Source of the DNA: an uncultured Verrucomicrobiota bacterium
GTDB taxonomy: Bacteria > Verrucomicrobiota > Verrucomicrobiia > Limisphaerales > CAIYYI01
Direction of reading: 5' to 3'
Assembly (NCBI GenBank): GCA_903930345.1
Contig: CAIYYI010000230.1
Span: 9,689-73,688, forward strand
Length of the DNA stretch: 64,000 nucleotides
The notes under the pieces are model-generated. The model was given only the letters and a program-made list of their open reading frames with translations, had not been told where the DNA came from and ran no database searches. The stretch's first letter is position 1, and every line of letters begins with the position of its first letter. Position numbers and translations under genes: made by a program. Shown here in pieces: positions 46,231-57,009 of this stretch.

Positions 46231-47889
46231 TCAATCTTCGGGCAGTGGCTGGCCTTTGGTTTCAGGCGCCCAGATCAAGGCCACGATGCCCACCAGGTAA
46301 ATCAATGACATGGTGACCGCCACCGTGCGGAACGGATAGACCGCACTCAACGCCCCCAACAGGAAGGGAAACGGGGCGGTGATAAAACGAACGGTATTGT
46401 AACAGAAACCCACCCCTGTGCCGCGCAGGCGGGTGGGGAACAATTCCGGGAAGTAAATGGAATACCCGGCAAAGACTGAGAGGGTCACAAACCCAAGCAT
46501 TGGTAGCATCCAGTAAACATCACTCTCGGTTTTCAGGGAGTAAAACACGTAGGCCACCACCACCAAGGCCATGCTGTAGGCCAATAAAAACGCCTTTCGC
46601 CGATTGAAGAAGGCGGCTACAAAAGTGAAGGTAAACATGCCGGTCAGGGATCCCACATCCTGCAGCATCATGCCTTTGGACACGATTTTGGCGATCGACT
46701 TTTGGAGGGAGGCAATCTGTCCCGGGAAGGCTTGTTCCAGCAACTGCCGGTTAAGGAAAAGAATCTCCTCCTTCTCTTTTTTCTTCTGCACCAGGACGAT
46801 CTGGTTTTGAGTGTTTTTTGTGAGGGTGACATTCTTGAACGCCTGTTCGTTGAAGATGCTGGCGCCCAGAATGATCCGGTTAAAGTCCTCCGTCAGGACG
46901 GCGGCTGAAAGGGTGCCTGCCTCGGCCTGCTGGACCACAGCAGGGCTCATGAGTTGCTTGATATGAGCCACCGCGCTGTTGGTGGAAGCCTTGAGGCTGG
47001 CGTTGACTTTGGCAATATCCAGAATTTCCCTTTCATAGAGGGGGCTGCTTTTCAGGGCCTTGTTGACCAATTCGGGCGAGAAGAAACCGATGCCCCACAG
47101 GCCTACCATGCCGGCCACCCCCAGAGAAATGCCAACGAAAGTATTGTGGCGCCAGCGGGGATGCCGGAAAAGGTCGGCCATGGAGCCGACTTTCTTGCCG
47201 GTGCCGGCCTTGGCCTGGGCGCGGGCATTGCGCCACGGTTCTGGTTCCTTGAGCAGGATGAACATGGGCACGCCCAACACGATGGGGAAAATGCTGATGA
47301 AGAATATGACCTGCCAACCGCTATAGCTGCCCCAGACGCTCTCCTGGGCTGGGGTGATGCCCAAGCTCAGAGATGCCCCGATGATATTGCCGACGGCGGA
47401 CAGGGTCTGCATGGAGCCCAAGGCCCACGTCCGGAACTTGGGCGGGACGCTCTCGGCCACCAGCGTGGTGGCGGCTCCGAACATGCCTCCGACCCCCATT
47501 CCGCAGAGCAGGCGGTAAATGAGGAATTCAATGGTGCTGCCGGAAATTCCGGAAAGTGCGGAGAACCCCGTGTAGGCGATCAAAGTGGCGATCATGGCTT
47601 TCACCCGCCCAAAGCGGTCACTCATCATGCCAAACAGCAGGCCGCCGATGCCCCAGCCCACCATGAGGATACAGGTGGCCATGCCGCCCCAGTATTTCAC
47701 ATCCCCATCTGTCGCGCCCGGTCCCAGCAGTTCCTGGATGGCTGGCTGCCGTGCCAGCACAAAAATGCGCTGTCCCATGCAGTCAAACAGCCAGCCGCAG
47801 GAGGCCAAAATGACCACCAACCAGTGGTAAAAGGTCACCCCCTGGAAAATACCTTTGTTTTCGTTTTTGTTTTCAGCAATGGATGCCAT
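46231..47889 (-). CDS. MFS transporter with a soluble insertion
   Basis: GWLFD, SDRFGRVK, LVAE and PELFPTRLRGTG.GFCYN; about 12 TM helices. Confidence 0.9.
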   Translation of the reverse strand: MASIAENKNENKGIFQGVTFYHWLVVILASCGWLFDCMGQRIFVLARQPAIQELLGPGATDGDVKYWGGMATCILMVGWGIGGLLFGMMSDRFGRVKAMIATLIAYTGFSALSGISGSTIEFLIYRLLCGMGVGGMFGAATTLVAESVPPKFRTWALGSMQTLSAVGNIIGASLSLGITPAQESVWGSYSGWQVIFFISIFPIVLGVPMFILLKEPEPWRNARAQAKAGTGKKVGSMADLFRHPRWRHNTFVGISLGVAGMVGLWGIGFFSPELVNKALKSSPLYEREILDIAKVNASLKASTNSAVAHIKQLMSPAVVQQAEAGTLSAAVLTEDFNRIILGASIFNEQAFKNVTLTKNTQNQIVLVQKKKEKEEILFLNRQLLEQAFPGQIASLQKSIAKIVSKGMMLQDVGSLTGMFTFTFVAAFFNRRKAFLLAYSMALVVVAYVFYSLKTESDVYWMLPMLGFVTLSVFAGYSIYFPELFPTRLRGTGVGFCYNTVRFITAPFPFLLGALSAVYPFRTVAVTMSLIYLVGIVALIWAPETKGQPLPED

Positions 47890-48021
47890 TGAATTTGAAA
47901 AGGCTTAATGTTTTAGTGTGTTTCCGGGTTCAAGCTAATGCCGGATTGTCGGGAATTTGCGCCAACCGTGTCAAGTGGACATTCAGTGGGGGGATGATTA
48001 TGTGACGATTAATGCGTCGAG

Positions 48022-48702
48022 TCAGGGTTTTTCTTTCAGGAACGGTCCCACCACCTCCCGCCAAATGGCATAGCCATTGGTGTTCATGTGGAGTTGGTCG
48101 TTTAGATAAATGTCCGGTTTGGGCAAACCGTCCGGGGCCAGCATGTGTGGGAAAACATCAATGAACACCAGGTTTTTGCTTTCCTTGATATAATCCGCGA
48201 TGAGTTTGTTGGCGGTTTTGATGCGGGCGATTTGAGTCCAGCGGGCCGGGTTGGGAGCAATGGAAATATAGGCGATACGGGTTTGCGGCAATCGGTCCCG
48301 CACGGTTTTGACAAAAGCCTGGAAGTCGGCCAGAACCTGTTCCGGGGATTTGCCGCCGTTGAGGTCATTGCCTCCCGCATACATCACGACCAACCGGGGT
48401 TGGTGCGGAATGACAATGCGTTCCGCAAAATACGTGGAATCAACTATCTGCGAGCCGCCAAAGCCGCGATTGATGACCTGATACCCAGGGAAGTCCCTGG
48501 CCAGACTACGCCACATTCGGATGCTGGAACTGCCCACAAACAGCGCCGCATTTTTGGGTGGGGGATTGGTTTGATCCGCGCGTTCAAACGCGGTGATCTC
48601 TTTTTCCCACCGGGTAAACTGATTGGTGGCCCCGGGCAGCCACATGGCGGGCAACAGCAATAAGCTCAACAGTGAACAGAGCAGGGACAAGCGTGGTTTC
48701 AT
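48022..48702 (-). CDS. SGNH/GDSL hydrolase
   Basis: FVGSSSIRMW, NRGFGGS, YAGGND and DQLH; signal peptide from MKPRLSLL. Confidence 0.9.
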   Translation of the reverse strand: MKPRLSLLCSLLSLLLLPAMWLPGATNQFTRWEKEITAFERADQTNPPPKNAALFVGSSSIRMWRSLARDFPGYQVINRGFGGSQIVDSTYFAERIVIPHQPRLVVMYAGGNDLNGGKSPEQVLADFQAFVKTVRDRLPQTRIAYISIAPNPARWTQIARIKTANKLIADYIKESKNLVFIDVFPHMLAPDGLPKPDIYLNDQLHMNTNGYAIWREVVGPFLKEKP

Positions 48703-48786
48703 GGCGGTACTTTGGCCCCAATCCGTGCGGTTCGAAAAGTAAATATTTTCCTTCAAGCGTTTCTTTTCCTGTTTCATGCTGCTGGC

Positions 48787-49659
48787 ATGCGAAGTCTGCC
48801 TCTCCAAATGGTCCGGCAGGCGGTGAAAACCGCCCTGGCGGAGGATGTTGGCACTGGTGACGTCACCACGCTCTCCACCGTGCCCGCCCGGCACCGGGCG
48901 ACGGCGGTGTTGGTGGCGCGCGAGCCTTTGGTGGTGGCAGGTCTGGTTTTTGCCGAAACGGCCTTCCGGCAGGTGTCCTCTCGGGTCTGTGTCAAACACT
49001 TGGTTCGTGACGGCCAGAGTGTGGCCGCCGGCACCGAATTGATGCGGGTGACCGGTCTGGCACGGGCACTCCTGACCGGTGAGCGTGTGGCCCTGAATTT
49101 TGTGCAGCGTCTATCCGGGGTGGCCACCCTGACCCGCAAATTTGCACAAGCCATCAAAGGAAGCCGGGCGGTGATTTTGGACACGCGCAAAACCACCCCC
49201 GGCTGGCGACTGTTTGAAAAGTACGCGGTCAGTTGTGGGGGCGGCACCAACCACCGGACCGGGCTGTATGACATGGTCCTGATCAAGGATAACCATCTGG
49301 CGGCCTTGCGCGATACCCCACCCAACGCCGTTGCGGCAGCGGTAGCGCGTGCCCGGTTCCAGTATCCCCGGCTCAAGGTGGAAGTGGAGGCTGATAATCT
49401 GGAGCAGGTGGGGCAAGCCCTGGCCGCCCGGGCGGATATCATCCTCCTGGACAACATGAGTCTGGCGCAACTGCGGGAGGCGGTGGCCTTGGTGGGCCGA
49501 CGCGCCAAAACCGAGGCCAGCGGAGGGGTCAACCTGAAGACGGTTGCAGCCATTGCCGCCACAGGGGTGAATTTCATCTCCGTGGGCGCGTTGACGCACT
49601 CGGCTCCCGCCGTGGATGTGGCCTTGGATTTTGTGGCGCAGACGGAGCTGGATGCATGA
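48787..49659 (+). CDS. nadC: Quinolinate phosphoribosyltransferase
   Basis: EDVGTGDVT, DTRKTTPG, HRTGLYD..LIKDNH, EVE, LLDNM and EASGGV. Confidence 0.96.
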   Translation: MRSLPLQMVRQAVKTALAEDVGTGDVTTLSTVPARHRATAVLVAREPLVVAGLVFAETAFRQVSSRVCVKHLVRDGQSVAAGTELMRVTGLARALLTGERVALNFVQRLSGVATLTRKFAQAIKGSRAVILDTRKTTPGWRLFEKYAVSCGGGTNHRTGLYDMVLIKDNHLAALRDTPPNAVAAAVARARFQYPRLKVEVEADNLEQVGQALAARADIILLDNMSLAQLREAVALVGRRAKTEASGGVNLKTVAAIAATGVNFISVGALTHSAPAVDVALDFVAQTELDA

Positions 49660-50639
49660 ACACCGACGCTAAAATTCTGCGGGCGCTGCGGGCGGCCGGG
49701 GAAGGAACGGTTTCCGGGGCCGAACTCTCCCAGAAACTGGGGGTGAGCCGCGCGGCCATCTGGGCGCACATTGAGGAGCTGCGCGAATTGGGTTATGACA
49801 TCGAAGCCAGCCCGCACCTCGGCTACCGTTTGCGCGGCGTGCCGGACGTGTTGCACGCCGATGATTTAATGGCCCGGCTCGAGGGCAACCGCATCGTTGG
49901 AAGAGACATCAAAGTCTTTCAGGAAACCACCTCCACCAGCGATGTGGTGGACAAGCTATCGCGGGACGGTGTGCCGGAGGGGATCGTGGTGTTTGCGGAG
50001 GCGCAAACCAAGGGGCGGGGACGCATGGGCCGATCCTGGGTGTCACCTTCCGGTCTGGGGCTTTGGTTTTCCGTGCTCTTGCGACCCCGGATGCGGCCGC
50101 AGTCCGCCATGCAATTGACGGTGGCGGCCGCCACCGCGGTGACCCGCGCGCTGCGTTCGCGGTGCTCGTTACCCATCGGGATCAAATGGCCCAATGACAT
50201 CCTGGTGCAAGGACGCAAGCTGGTGGGCATTCTCACCGAGATGAGCGCCGAACTGGACTCCGTGCGGCATCTTTGCCTGGGCGTGGGCATGAATATCAAC
50301 CAGGAACAGCGCGACTTTCCCAGGGAACTGCACGGATTGGCCACCTCGCTGCGCATGGAAACCGGCGAAATGTGGTCGCGTTCCGACCTGGCCGTGGCAA
50401 TCCTCAAGGAGTTGGATGTGGAGTATGACCGCATCATCTGCGGTCGGTTTTCCGAGGTGGTGGAGGAATGGGCACGGCAAAGTGTCACCCTTGGCCATCC
50501 GGTGACCATCCTCGTTGGCAATCGCAAAATCCACGGGCGGGCGGAATCTCTGGATGTGGATGGCGCCCTGCTGGTGCGGACCCAGCATGGCCACCTGGAA
50601 CGTATTGTGGGTGGAGAAGTTGTTTTGGAGAAAAAATGA
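49656..50639 (+). CDS. birA: Bifunctional biotin ligase/repressor BirA
   Basis: N-terminal HTH (SGAELSQKLGVSRAAIW), QTKGRGRMGRSW, IKWPND and KLVGILTE. Confidence 0.95.
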   Translation: MNTDAKILRALRAAGEGTVSGAELSQKLGVSRAAIWAHIEELRELGYDIEASPHLGYRLRGVPDVLHADDLMARLEGNRIVGRDIKVFQETTSTSDVVDKLSRDGVPEGIVVFAEAQTKGRGRMGRSWVSPSGLGLWFSVLLRPRMRPQSAMQLTVAAATAVTRALRSRCSLPIGIKWPNDILVQGRKLVGILTEMSAELDSVRHLCLGVGMNINQEQRDFPRELHGLATSLRMETGEMWSRSDLAVAILKELDVEYDRIICGRFSEVVEEWARQSVTLGHPVTILVGNRKIHGRAESLDVDGALLVRTQHGHLERIVGGEVVLEKK

Positions 50640-51385
50640 TCCTCCTGCTCGACATCGGCAATACCACCACCCACATCGCCTTGGCTGATGCCCGGAGGGT
50701 GCGGCGGCCATCCGGTTTTCCCACGCTGCTTTGGCAGCAAGGCCAGGCCGGTCGGGAATTAAGTCGGTTGGCGGGCGCCTCGGTACCGTCCCAAGTCGCC
50801 CTTTGTTCCGTGGTTCCCTCCGTTACCCCCTTGGCGGTTGGGTGGGTGCGGGATCATTGGGACAAACCGGTGGCGGTCTTAACCCACCGCAACGCTCCCG
50901 GCTTGCGCTTTCGCTATCCCAAACCCCAAACCATTGGCGCGGATCGCCTGGCCAACCTCGTGGCCTTGAAACATCACTATGGTGCTCCGGCGGTGAGCCT
51001 GGATATCGGAACTGCCACCACTTTGGAAGTCCTGGATGCCGAGGGTTTCTTTATTGGCGGCATCATCACCGCCGGACCGGCGGCGCTCGCGGAGTATCTC
51101 ACTGAGAAAACCGCCCGCCTGCCGCGTGTGATGCCGCAGAGAGTACGCTCTGTTCTGGGCCGCAGCACGCGGGAATCCATGCTGGTGGGAGTGGTTCGCG
51201 GATATCAAGGGCTGGTGCGTGAATTGGTGGGCGGTTTGCAGGCGAAATTTGCCTGCCAGCGACTGTCGGTGGTGGCCACGGGTGGGGGCCTGCGCTGGCT
51301 GCCCCGCAAATTGCCGGGGGTCACAGACATCCGGCCGGATCTCACGCTGGAAGGGCTGCGCCTGTTCGCTTGTGCCAACAAGTAA
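50636..51385 (+). CDS. coaX: Type III pantothenate kinase
   Basis: LLDIGNTT, IGADR, DIGTATT, GGII, ATGG and LTLEGL; ATGA overlap with birA. Confidence 0.93.
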   Translation: MILLLDIGNTTTHIALADARRVRRPSGFPTLLWQQGQAGRELSRLAGASVPSQVALCSVVPSVTPLAVGWVRDHWDKPVAVLTHRNAPGLRFRYPKPQTIGADRLANLVALKHHYGAPAVSLDIGTATTLEVLDAEGFFIGGIITAGPAALAEYLTEKTARLPRVMPQRVRSVLGRSTRESMLVGVVRGYQGLVRELVGGLQAKFACQRLSVVATGGGLRWLPRKLPGVTDIRPDLTLEGLRLFACANK

Positions 51386-51451
51386 AGACGGGATGGGGGG
51401 TGGATTTACGTGCTTGCGTCGCAGGCCGGGCGATTGGAGACTGGCGGCTGC

Positions 51452-52258
51452 ATGAACCGAATTGACGAACGCTTTGGCAAATTGCAGGCCGCCCGCCAGA
51501 AAGGATTGGTGGTGTACATTGGGGCCGGCGATCCGGATCTGGAGGCCACCCGCCAGTTGGCCCTGGCTTTTGACCTTGCCGGGGTGGATGTGCTGGAGTT
51601 GGGGGTGCCTTTCAGCGATCCCCTGGCCGATGGCCTGGTCAACCAGTTGGCCGCCCAACGGGGGCTTGATTCCGGCACGACGCCCATGGGGGTGCTGGAG
51701 ACGGTGTCAGCCATCCGCAAGCAAAGCCAGATCCCCATCGTCCTTTACATCTATTACAATCTGATTCACCGGCAGGGGGTGGAGGTGTTTGTGCGGGCGG
51801 CGGCACAGGCCGGGGTGGATGGTCTGCTGGTGCTGGATCTGCCCCCGGAAGAGGCGGTGAATTACGAAACGATGATGGCGCAGGCCGGCCTGTGCAATAT
51901 CTACCTGGTGGCCCCCACCACTCCGGAGGACCGGATGGAATTCATCGCGCGGCGCGGCAAGGGGTTTCTTTATTACATTTCCCGGGAGGGGGTGACCGGC
52001 ATGCAGACCAGTGTGGCGGGCAATATTTCCCAGATGACCGCCCGCATCCGCCAGCATACCCGCCTGCCCATCGCCGTGGGCTTTGGCATTTCCAATGCGG
52101 AGCAGGCCCGTACGGTGGCGCAAAGCGCGGAGGCCATTGTGGTGGGTAGCGCGGTGGTGAATCTGGTGGCGCGTCACGGCAGATCTCCGGAGCTGGTGCC
52201 CACGGTGGCAGCCTTTGTGCAGAGTCTGGTGCAGGCCATCAGACCCTCAACCCCATAA
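51452..52258 (+). CDS. trpA: Tryptophan synthase alpha chain
   Basis: GDPD, ELGVPFSDPLADG, DLPPEE, APTT, GVTG, GFGIS and VVGSA. Confidence 0.96.
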   Translation: MNRIDERFGKLQAARQKGLVVYIGAGDPDLEATRQLALAFDLAGVDVLELGVPFSDPLADGLVNQLAAQRGLDSGTTPMGVLETVSAIRKQSQIPIVLYIYYNLIHRQGVEVFVRAAAQAGVDGLLVLDLPPEEAVNYETMMAQAGLCNIYLVAPTTPEDRMEFIARRGKGFLYYISREGVTGMQTSVAGNISQMTARIRQHTRLPIAVGFGISNAEQARTVAQSAEAIVVGSAVVNLVARHGRSPELVPTVAAFVQSLVQAIRPSTP

Positions 52259-52287
52259 TGATCGGTTAAACAAAGGAGTTGAATGGC

Positions 52288-53421
52288 ATGAGTACCAAGA
52301 AATCAGCGAAACAGGATCGTTTTGTGGTGGTGATGGCGGGCGGGCGCGGGGAGCGTTTCTGGCCGGTCAGCCGGGAGAAAACGCCCAAGCAACTGATCCG
52401 GTTGCTGGGGGAGGGATCCTTCCTGCAGCAGGCCGTGGCCCGGGTGGGGACGCTGGTGCCGCCCGAGAATATTTTCATCATCACCAACGAGGTGCAGGCG
52501 GCCGAGGTGCGACGGCAGTTGCCACAACTCCCCAGGGGCAACGTGGTGGCCGAACCCTGCGGACGGGATACCTGCGCGGCGGTGGCCCTCGGGGCGGCCA
52601 TTGTGGCCGCCCGTTCCAGCACCGGAGTGATGGCGGTTTTGCCGGCGGATCACGTGATTCCCGACGCCCGCAAATTCCAGCGCGTGCTGGCTGAGAGCTT
52701 TGACCTCGCCCGCCGTGAGCCGACGATTGTGACCATTGGCATCAAGCCCAATGAGCCCGCCACCGGCTACGGTTACATCCGCGTGGGTGTCAGATTGCCC
52801 CCATCCGCAGGCAGCTCGGCGGGCCGGACTGATTTCCACCAAGCGGAGCAGTTCGTGGAAAAACCGCACTTGGAAAAGGCCCGGGAGTATCTGGCCGCAG
52901 GGAACTACCGGTGGAATGCCGGAATGTTCATCTGGTCGGTGCCCACCATCATGGAGGGATTGCGGCAGCATCAGCCGGGGATGCACGCGGCCGCCCTGCG
53001 CTGGCAGGCGGTGGCCTCGCAACCGGCCAGACTGGCCCGTCTCCTGGCCCGCGAATACCCTGACATCCAAAAGATTTCCATCGATTTCGCCCTCATGGAA
53101 AAAGCCCGTAACGTGGTGGTGGCTGACGCCACTTTTGCCTGGGACGATCTCGGCTCCTGGCCCGCTTTGTCCCGCCACCTTAAGGCGGATGCGGCCGGTA
53201 ATTGTGCGGTGGGCGATTTTCTGCACGTGGATGCCGCCCGCAATCTGGTCTTTGACGCCCGCACGAAGCACCGGACCCCCATTGCGGTGGTGGGTTTGCA
53301 GGATTGCATCCTGGTGCATACCGATGATGCGGTGATGGTGGCGAGCAAGCACGACTCCCAGAAGGTCAAGGATCTGGTGAAAATGCTCGCCGGTGATCCG
53401 CGGTTCAAACACCTGGTCTGA
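52288..53421 (+). CDS. manC: Mannose-1-phosphate guanylyltransferase
   Basis: MAGGRGERFWPVSR..PKQL, EPCGRDT, PADH, TGYGYI, FVEKP, WNAGMF, SIDFA and WDDLGSW. Confidence 0.93.
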   Translation: MSTKKSAKQDRFVVVMAGGRGERFWPVSREKTPKQLIRLLGEGSFLQQAVARVGTLVPPENIFIITNEVQAAEVRRQLPQLPRGNVVAEPCGRDTCAAVALGAAIVAARSSTGVMAVLPADHVIPDARKFQRVLAESFDLARREPTIVTIGIKPNEPATGYGYIRVGVRLPPSAGSSAGRTDFHQAEQFVEKPHLEKAREYLAAGNYRWNAGMFIWSVPTIMEGLRQHQPGMHAAALRWQAVASQPARLARLLAREYPDIQKISIDFALMEKARNVVVADATFAWDDLGSWPALSRHLKADAAGNCAVGDFLHVDAARNLVFDARTKHRTPIAVVGLQDCILVHTDDAVMVASKHDSQKVKDLVKMLAGDPRFKHLV

Positions 53422-53474
53422 CTTCATTGCAAGAGATGGTTGCCTGCCCGCCTGATTCGGTTTAGAGTCCGGCC

Positions 53475-54797
53475 ATGATTCACTTTCGATATGGCCAGGC
53501 TTGGGTGCTGGGTGCCTCAGCCGCTCTCTTTATCGTGCATTTGGCCGGTGCGGCGCAGCCGCCCGCCGGATTCCAACCGTTGTTCAATGAGCGCGACCTC
53601 ACCGGATGGTGGGGGGCCACAACCGAGGATCCGCGCAAGTATCTGGCGTTGCCCGCCGAAGAGTTTCAGAAAAAGCGATCAGCCAGTTTGGCGGACATCC
53701 AGAAGCATTGGTCGGTGCAGGGGGATGAGTTGGTCAATGACGGCAACGGTCTCTATCTGACCACGGATAAGAACTACCGCGATTTCGAGTTGCACCTGGA
53801 GTACAAAACCGTGCCCAAGGCCGACAGCGGCATCTACTTGAAGGGTTGCCCGCAGGTGCAGATCTGGGATTTCACGGATCAGGCCAAGTTTAGCATCGGC
53901 GGCAACAAGGGTTCGGGCGGACTCTGGAACAACTCCCCGGGAGCGCCCGGCAAGGATCCCCTGGTTTTGGCGGACAAGCCTCTGGGCGAGTGGAATCATT
54001 TCCGCGTGCTGCAACTGGGCAGCCGCACCACGGTCTGGTTGAATAACCAACTGGTGGTGGCCAACGCCAACATGGAGAATTATTTCGACCGCAAACAACC
54101 GCTCCCGCCTGCCGGACCGATCCAATTGCAAACCCACGGTGGCGAAATCCGCTGGCGCAATCTCTTCCTGCGCGAAATCGCCTCCGATGATGCCAACCGC
54201 ACCCTGCGCGGTGTTGATTCAGACGGTTTTTTATCGGTGTTCAACGGTCGGGACTTCACCGGGTGGGCCGGGCCGGTGGATAATTACGAGGTGCGGGATG
54301 GTTCGATTGTGTGCAAGCGCGGCAAGGGCGGCACGATTTACACCCAGGAGGAATACACCAACTTCGTGGTGCGGTTTGAATTCAAGTTGCCCAAGGGCGG
54401 CAATAACGGGCTGGCCCTGCGCTACCCGGGCAAGGGTGACACTGCCTATGCCGGCATGTGCGAACTGCAAGTGCTGGATGACGATTACGAGCAGGCTACG
54501 GGCCAGAAAATCGATGCCCGCCAGGTCCACGGCTCCGCCTATGGCATGATTGCCGCCAAGCGCGGCTACCAACGACCGATCGGTGCATGGAATTTCCAAG
54601 AGGTGACCGTGCAGGGCTCCAAGCTGAAAGTGGAGCTGAATGGCACCGTGATTCTGGATGGCGATCTGGCCAAGGTCACCGAATTCATGGCCAACTCACC
54701 CCATCCGGGCAAGGACCGGGCTTCAGGCTACTTCGGCTTTGCCGGGCACAATGATGAGGTGATGTTCCGCAACGTGGCCATCAAGCGGTTGCCTTAG
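53475..54797 (+). CDS. Tandem DUF1080 (3-keto-glycoside hydrolase-like) protein
   Basis: Two LFN..D.TGW / (D/N)(S/N)G / GEWN / F(R)N..I domains and a signal peptide. Confidence 0.88.
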   Translation: MIHFRYGQAWVLGASAALFIVHLAGAAQPPAGFQPLFNERDLTGWWGATTEDPRKYLALPAEEFQKKRSASLADIQKHWSVQGDELVNDGNGLYLTTDKNYRDFELHLEYKTVPKADSGIYLKGCPQVQIWDFTDQAKFSIGGNKGSGGLWNNSPGAPGKDPLVLADKPLGEWNHFRVLQLGSRTTVWLNNQLVVANANMENYFDRKQPLPPAGPIQLQTHGGEIRWRNLFLREIASDDANRTLRGVDSDGFLSVFNGRDFTGWAGPVDNYEVRDGSIVCKRGKGGTIYTQEEYTNFVVRFEFKLPKGGNNGLALRYPGKGDTAYAGMCELQVLDDDYEQATGQKIDARQVHGSAYGMIAAKRGYQRPIGAWNFQEVTVQGSKLKVELNGTVILDGDLAKVTEFMANSPHPGKDRASGYFGFAGHNDEVMFRNVAIKRLP

Positions 54798-54911
54798 TTT
54801 CCCCACCCGGAACCATTGGGGACATTCGATTACGGGGGCGGCGGACCGGTACACGAGATTTTCAGCACCGGATCGTCAGCCCCCGTTTGTCTGTCTCAAA
54901 CTGTTCAAGGC

Positions 54912-54940
54912 AAAAAAACGCCCCGTTTTGCAACGGGGCG
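54912..54940 (-). terminator. Rho-independent terminator of aspS
   Basis: Minus strand CGCCCCGTT-GCAA-AACGGGGCG followed by T7, 20 bp after the aspS stop. Confidence 0.9.
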
Positions 54941-54960
54941 CTGATAAAACGGATTGGCTG

Positions 54961-56760
54961 TCAGGGCTTTTTGGCGGCTTTGACCTCGATATGCAGGTCG
55001 CGCAGTTGCTTGGCAGCGACCGGACCGGGGGAGTCGGTCATCAGACAGGTGCCCTTGGCCGTCTTCGGGAAGGCAATCACGTCGCGGATGCTGGTGGTGC
55101 CGCACAGGATGGCGCAGAGGCGATCAAAGCCCAAGGCGATGCCGCCGTGTGGCGGGGTGCCGTACTTGAAGGCTTCCAGCATGTAACCGAAACGCAGATT
55201 GGTTTCATCCGGGGGAATTTGCAGCACTTCCTCGAAAACGGTGCGCTGCACATCGGGTTGGTGGATACGGATCGAGCCGCCCCCCAGTTCCACGCCGTTG
55301 ACCACGATGTCGTAGTGCTGCCCCCGGACCTTCTTCGGGTCGCTGGTGAGCAATGGGATATCCTCCGCCACCGGGGCGGTGAACGGGTGGTGGCTGGAGT
55401 ACCAGCGGTTCTGTTCCTTGTCGAAGCTGAGCAGCGGGAAGTCCACCACCCACAGGAAGTCAAAGCGATCCGTCGGTAGGGTGAGCTTGCCCTGCGCTTT
55501 GAGCACCTCCGCGCAATAGAGGCGGATTTTGCCGAGAATTTCGCAGGCATTCAGCCACTGATCAGCGGCGAACAGGATCAAATCCCCCTCCTGAATGGCC
55601 AGCTTCGCTTGCAGTGCGGCTTTCTCGGTCTCGGTGAAGAACTTGACGATGGGGGATTTCCATTCGCCATTCTCCACTTTAATGAAAGCCAGGCCCTTGG
55701 CTCCGAAGCTCTTGGCGTATTCGGTCATGGTCTCAAGCTGCCCCTGCGTGGCACCGGCCATGCCCTTGGCGTTCAAGGCTTTGACCACGCCACCGGCGGC
55801 CACAGTGCCGCCGAAGACTTTGAACGTGCTGGTGCGGAACTCCTCGGTAAAGTCAACCAATTCCATCTCGAAGCGGGTATCCGGCTTGTCGATGCCGTAC
55901 CGGTTGAGGGCCTCAAAGAACGACAAGCGCTTGAACGGCGTGGGAATGTCCTGGTTCAGGGCGGTTTTCCACACACGTTTCAGCAGACCTTCGATCAGCG
56001 CGTAGATATCCTCGCGCTCGATAAACGACATTTCGAGGTCCACCTGGGTGAACTCGGGCTGGCGGTCGGCGCGCAAGTCCTCATCGCGGTAGCAGCGGGC
56101 GAGTTGGAAATAACGTTCCACCCCGGAGACCATGAGGATCTGCTTGAACTGCTGGGGGCTCTGGGGCAGGGCGTAGAATTGTCCCGGACTCAGGCGGCAG
56201 GGGACGATAAATTCGCGGGCGCCTTCGGGTGTGGATTTGAACAGCGTGGGGGTTTCGACCTCCAGGAATCCCTGCTCATCCAAAAAATTGCGGGTGGCCG
56301 TGGCGACCTTGCTGCGCAGGCGCAGGTTGCGGATCATCTCCGGGCGGCGCAGGTCCAAATAACGGTACTGCAAACGCAACTCCTCGTTCACCCGGGCGGT
56401 GACTTCGGGATCATCGACTGGAAAAGGCAGCACCTCGGCGCGGTTCAGGACGTTGATGCCGGTGGCATGCACCTCAATCTCCCCGGTGGAGATTTTGCTG
56501 TTGGAGGATCCGACCGGGCGCAAGCTGACCTTGCCCAAGACCTCCACCACGCACTCGCTGCGCAGCCCTTCGGCGGTTTTGAACACCTCGGGGGAGAGGT
56601 CGGAGGGATCGAACACGGTTTGAGTGCGCCCTTCGCGGTCGCGGATATCCAGGAAGATCACGCCTCCCAAGTCGCGCCGGGAGTGTACCCAGCCGGTTAA
56701 CGTCACAGTTTGCCCGATGTGCTCCGGGCGAAGCTCGTTACAATGATGCGTCCGTTTCAT
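54961..56760 (-). CDS. aspS: Aspartate--tRNA ligase
   Basis: MKRTHHC, RRDLGG, RYLDLRR, STPEGAR, LPQSPQQFKQ, RDEDLRADRQPEFTQ, GGGSIRIH and PPHGGIALGFDR. Confidence 0.98.
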   Translation of the reverse strand: MKRTHHCNELRPEHIGQTVTLTGWVHSRRDLGGVIFLDIRDREGRTQTVFDPSDLSPEVFKTAEGLRSECVVEVLGKVSLRPVGSSNSKISTGEIEVHATGINVLNRAEVLPFPVDDPEVTARVNEELRLQYRYLDLRRPEMIRNLRLRSKVATATRNFLDEQGFLEVETPTLFKSTPEGAREFIVPCRLSPGQFYALPQSPQQFKQILMVSGVERYFQLARCYRDEDLRADRQPEFTQVDLEMSFIEREDIYALIEGLLKRVWKTALNQDIPTPFKRLSFFEALNRYGIDKPDTRFEMELVDFTEEFRTSTFKVFGGTVAAGGVVKALNAKGMAGATQGQLETMTEYAKSFGAKGLAFIKVENGEWKSPIVKFFTETEKAALQAKLAIQEGDLILFAADQWLNACEILGKIRLYCAEVLKAQGKLTLPTDRFDFLWVVDFPLLSFDKEQNRWYSSHHPFTAPVAEDIPLLTSDPKKVRGQHYDIVVNGVELGGGSIRIHQPDVQRTVFEEVLQIPPDETNLRFGYMLEAFKYGTPPHGGIALGFDRLCAILCGTTSIRDVIAFPKTAKGTCLMTDSPGPVAAKQLRDLHIEVKAAKKP

Positions 56761-57009
56761 AATTTCCAAGTGCGGCGCCGCCCGGTGAAGGAATCCAGAC
56801 TGCGATGCGGGCGGATGTTGGCGTGTTATCGGGCGGAATTCAACCCGATAAATCCTGAATCTAAACTGGCGTTACGACCGGGTTTGCGGCAGGCTCAAGA
56901 AAACCCTGCAATGTGGTTGGGAACGAGTTATAGTCCCATAGAATGCGGCGAAAGTCTGGACCCCGCAGGTTCAGTGGCCATTGGATAGCCCGCCACCGCC
57001 GCACCTGGC

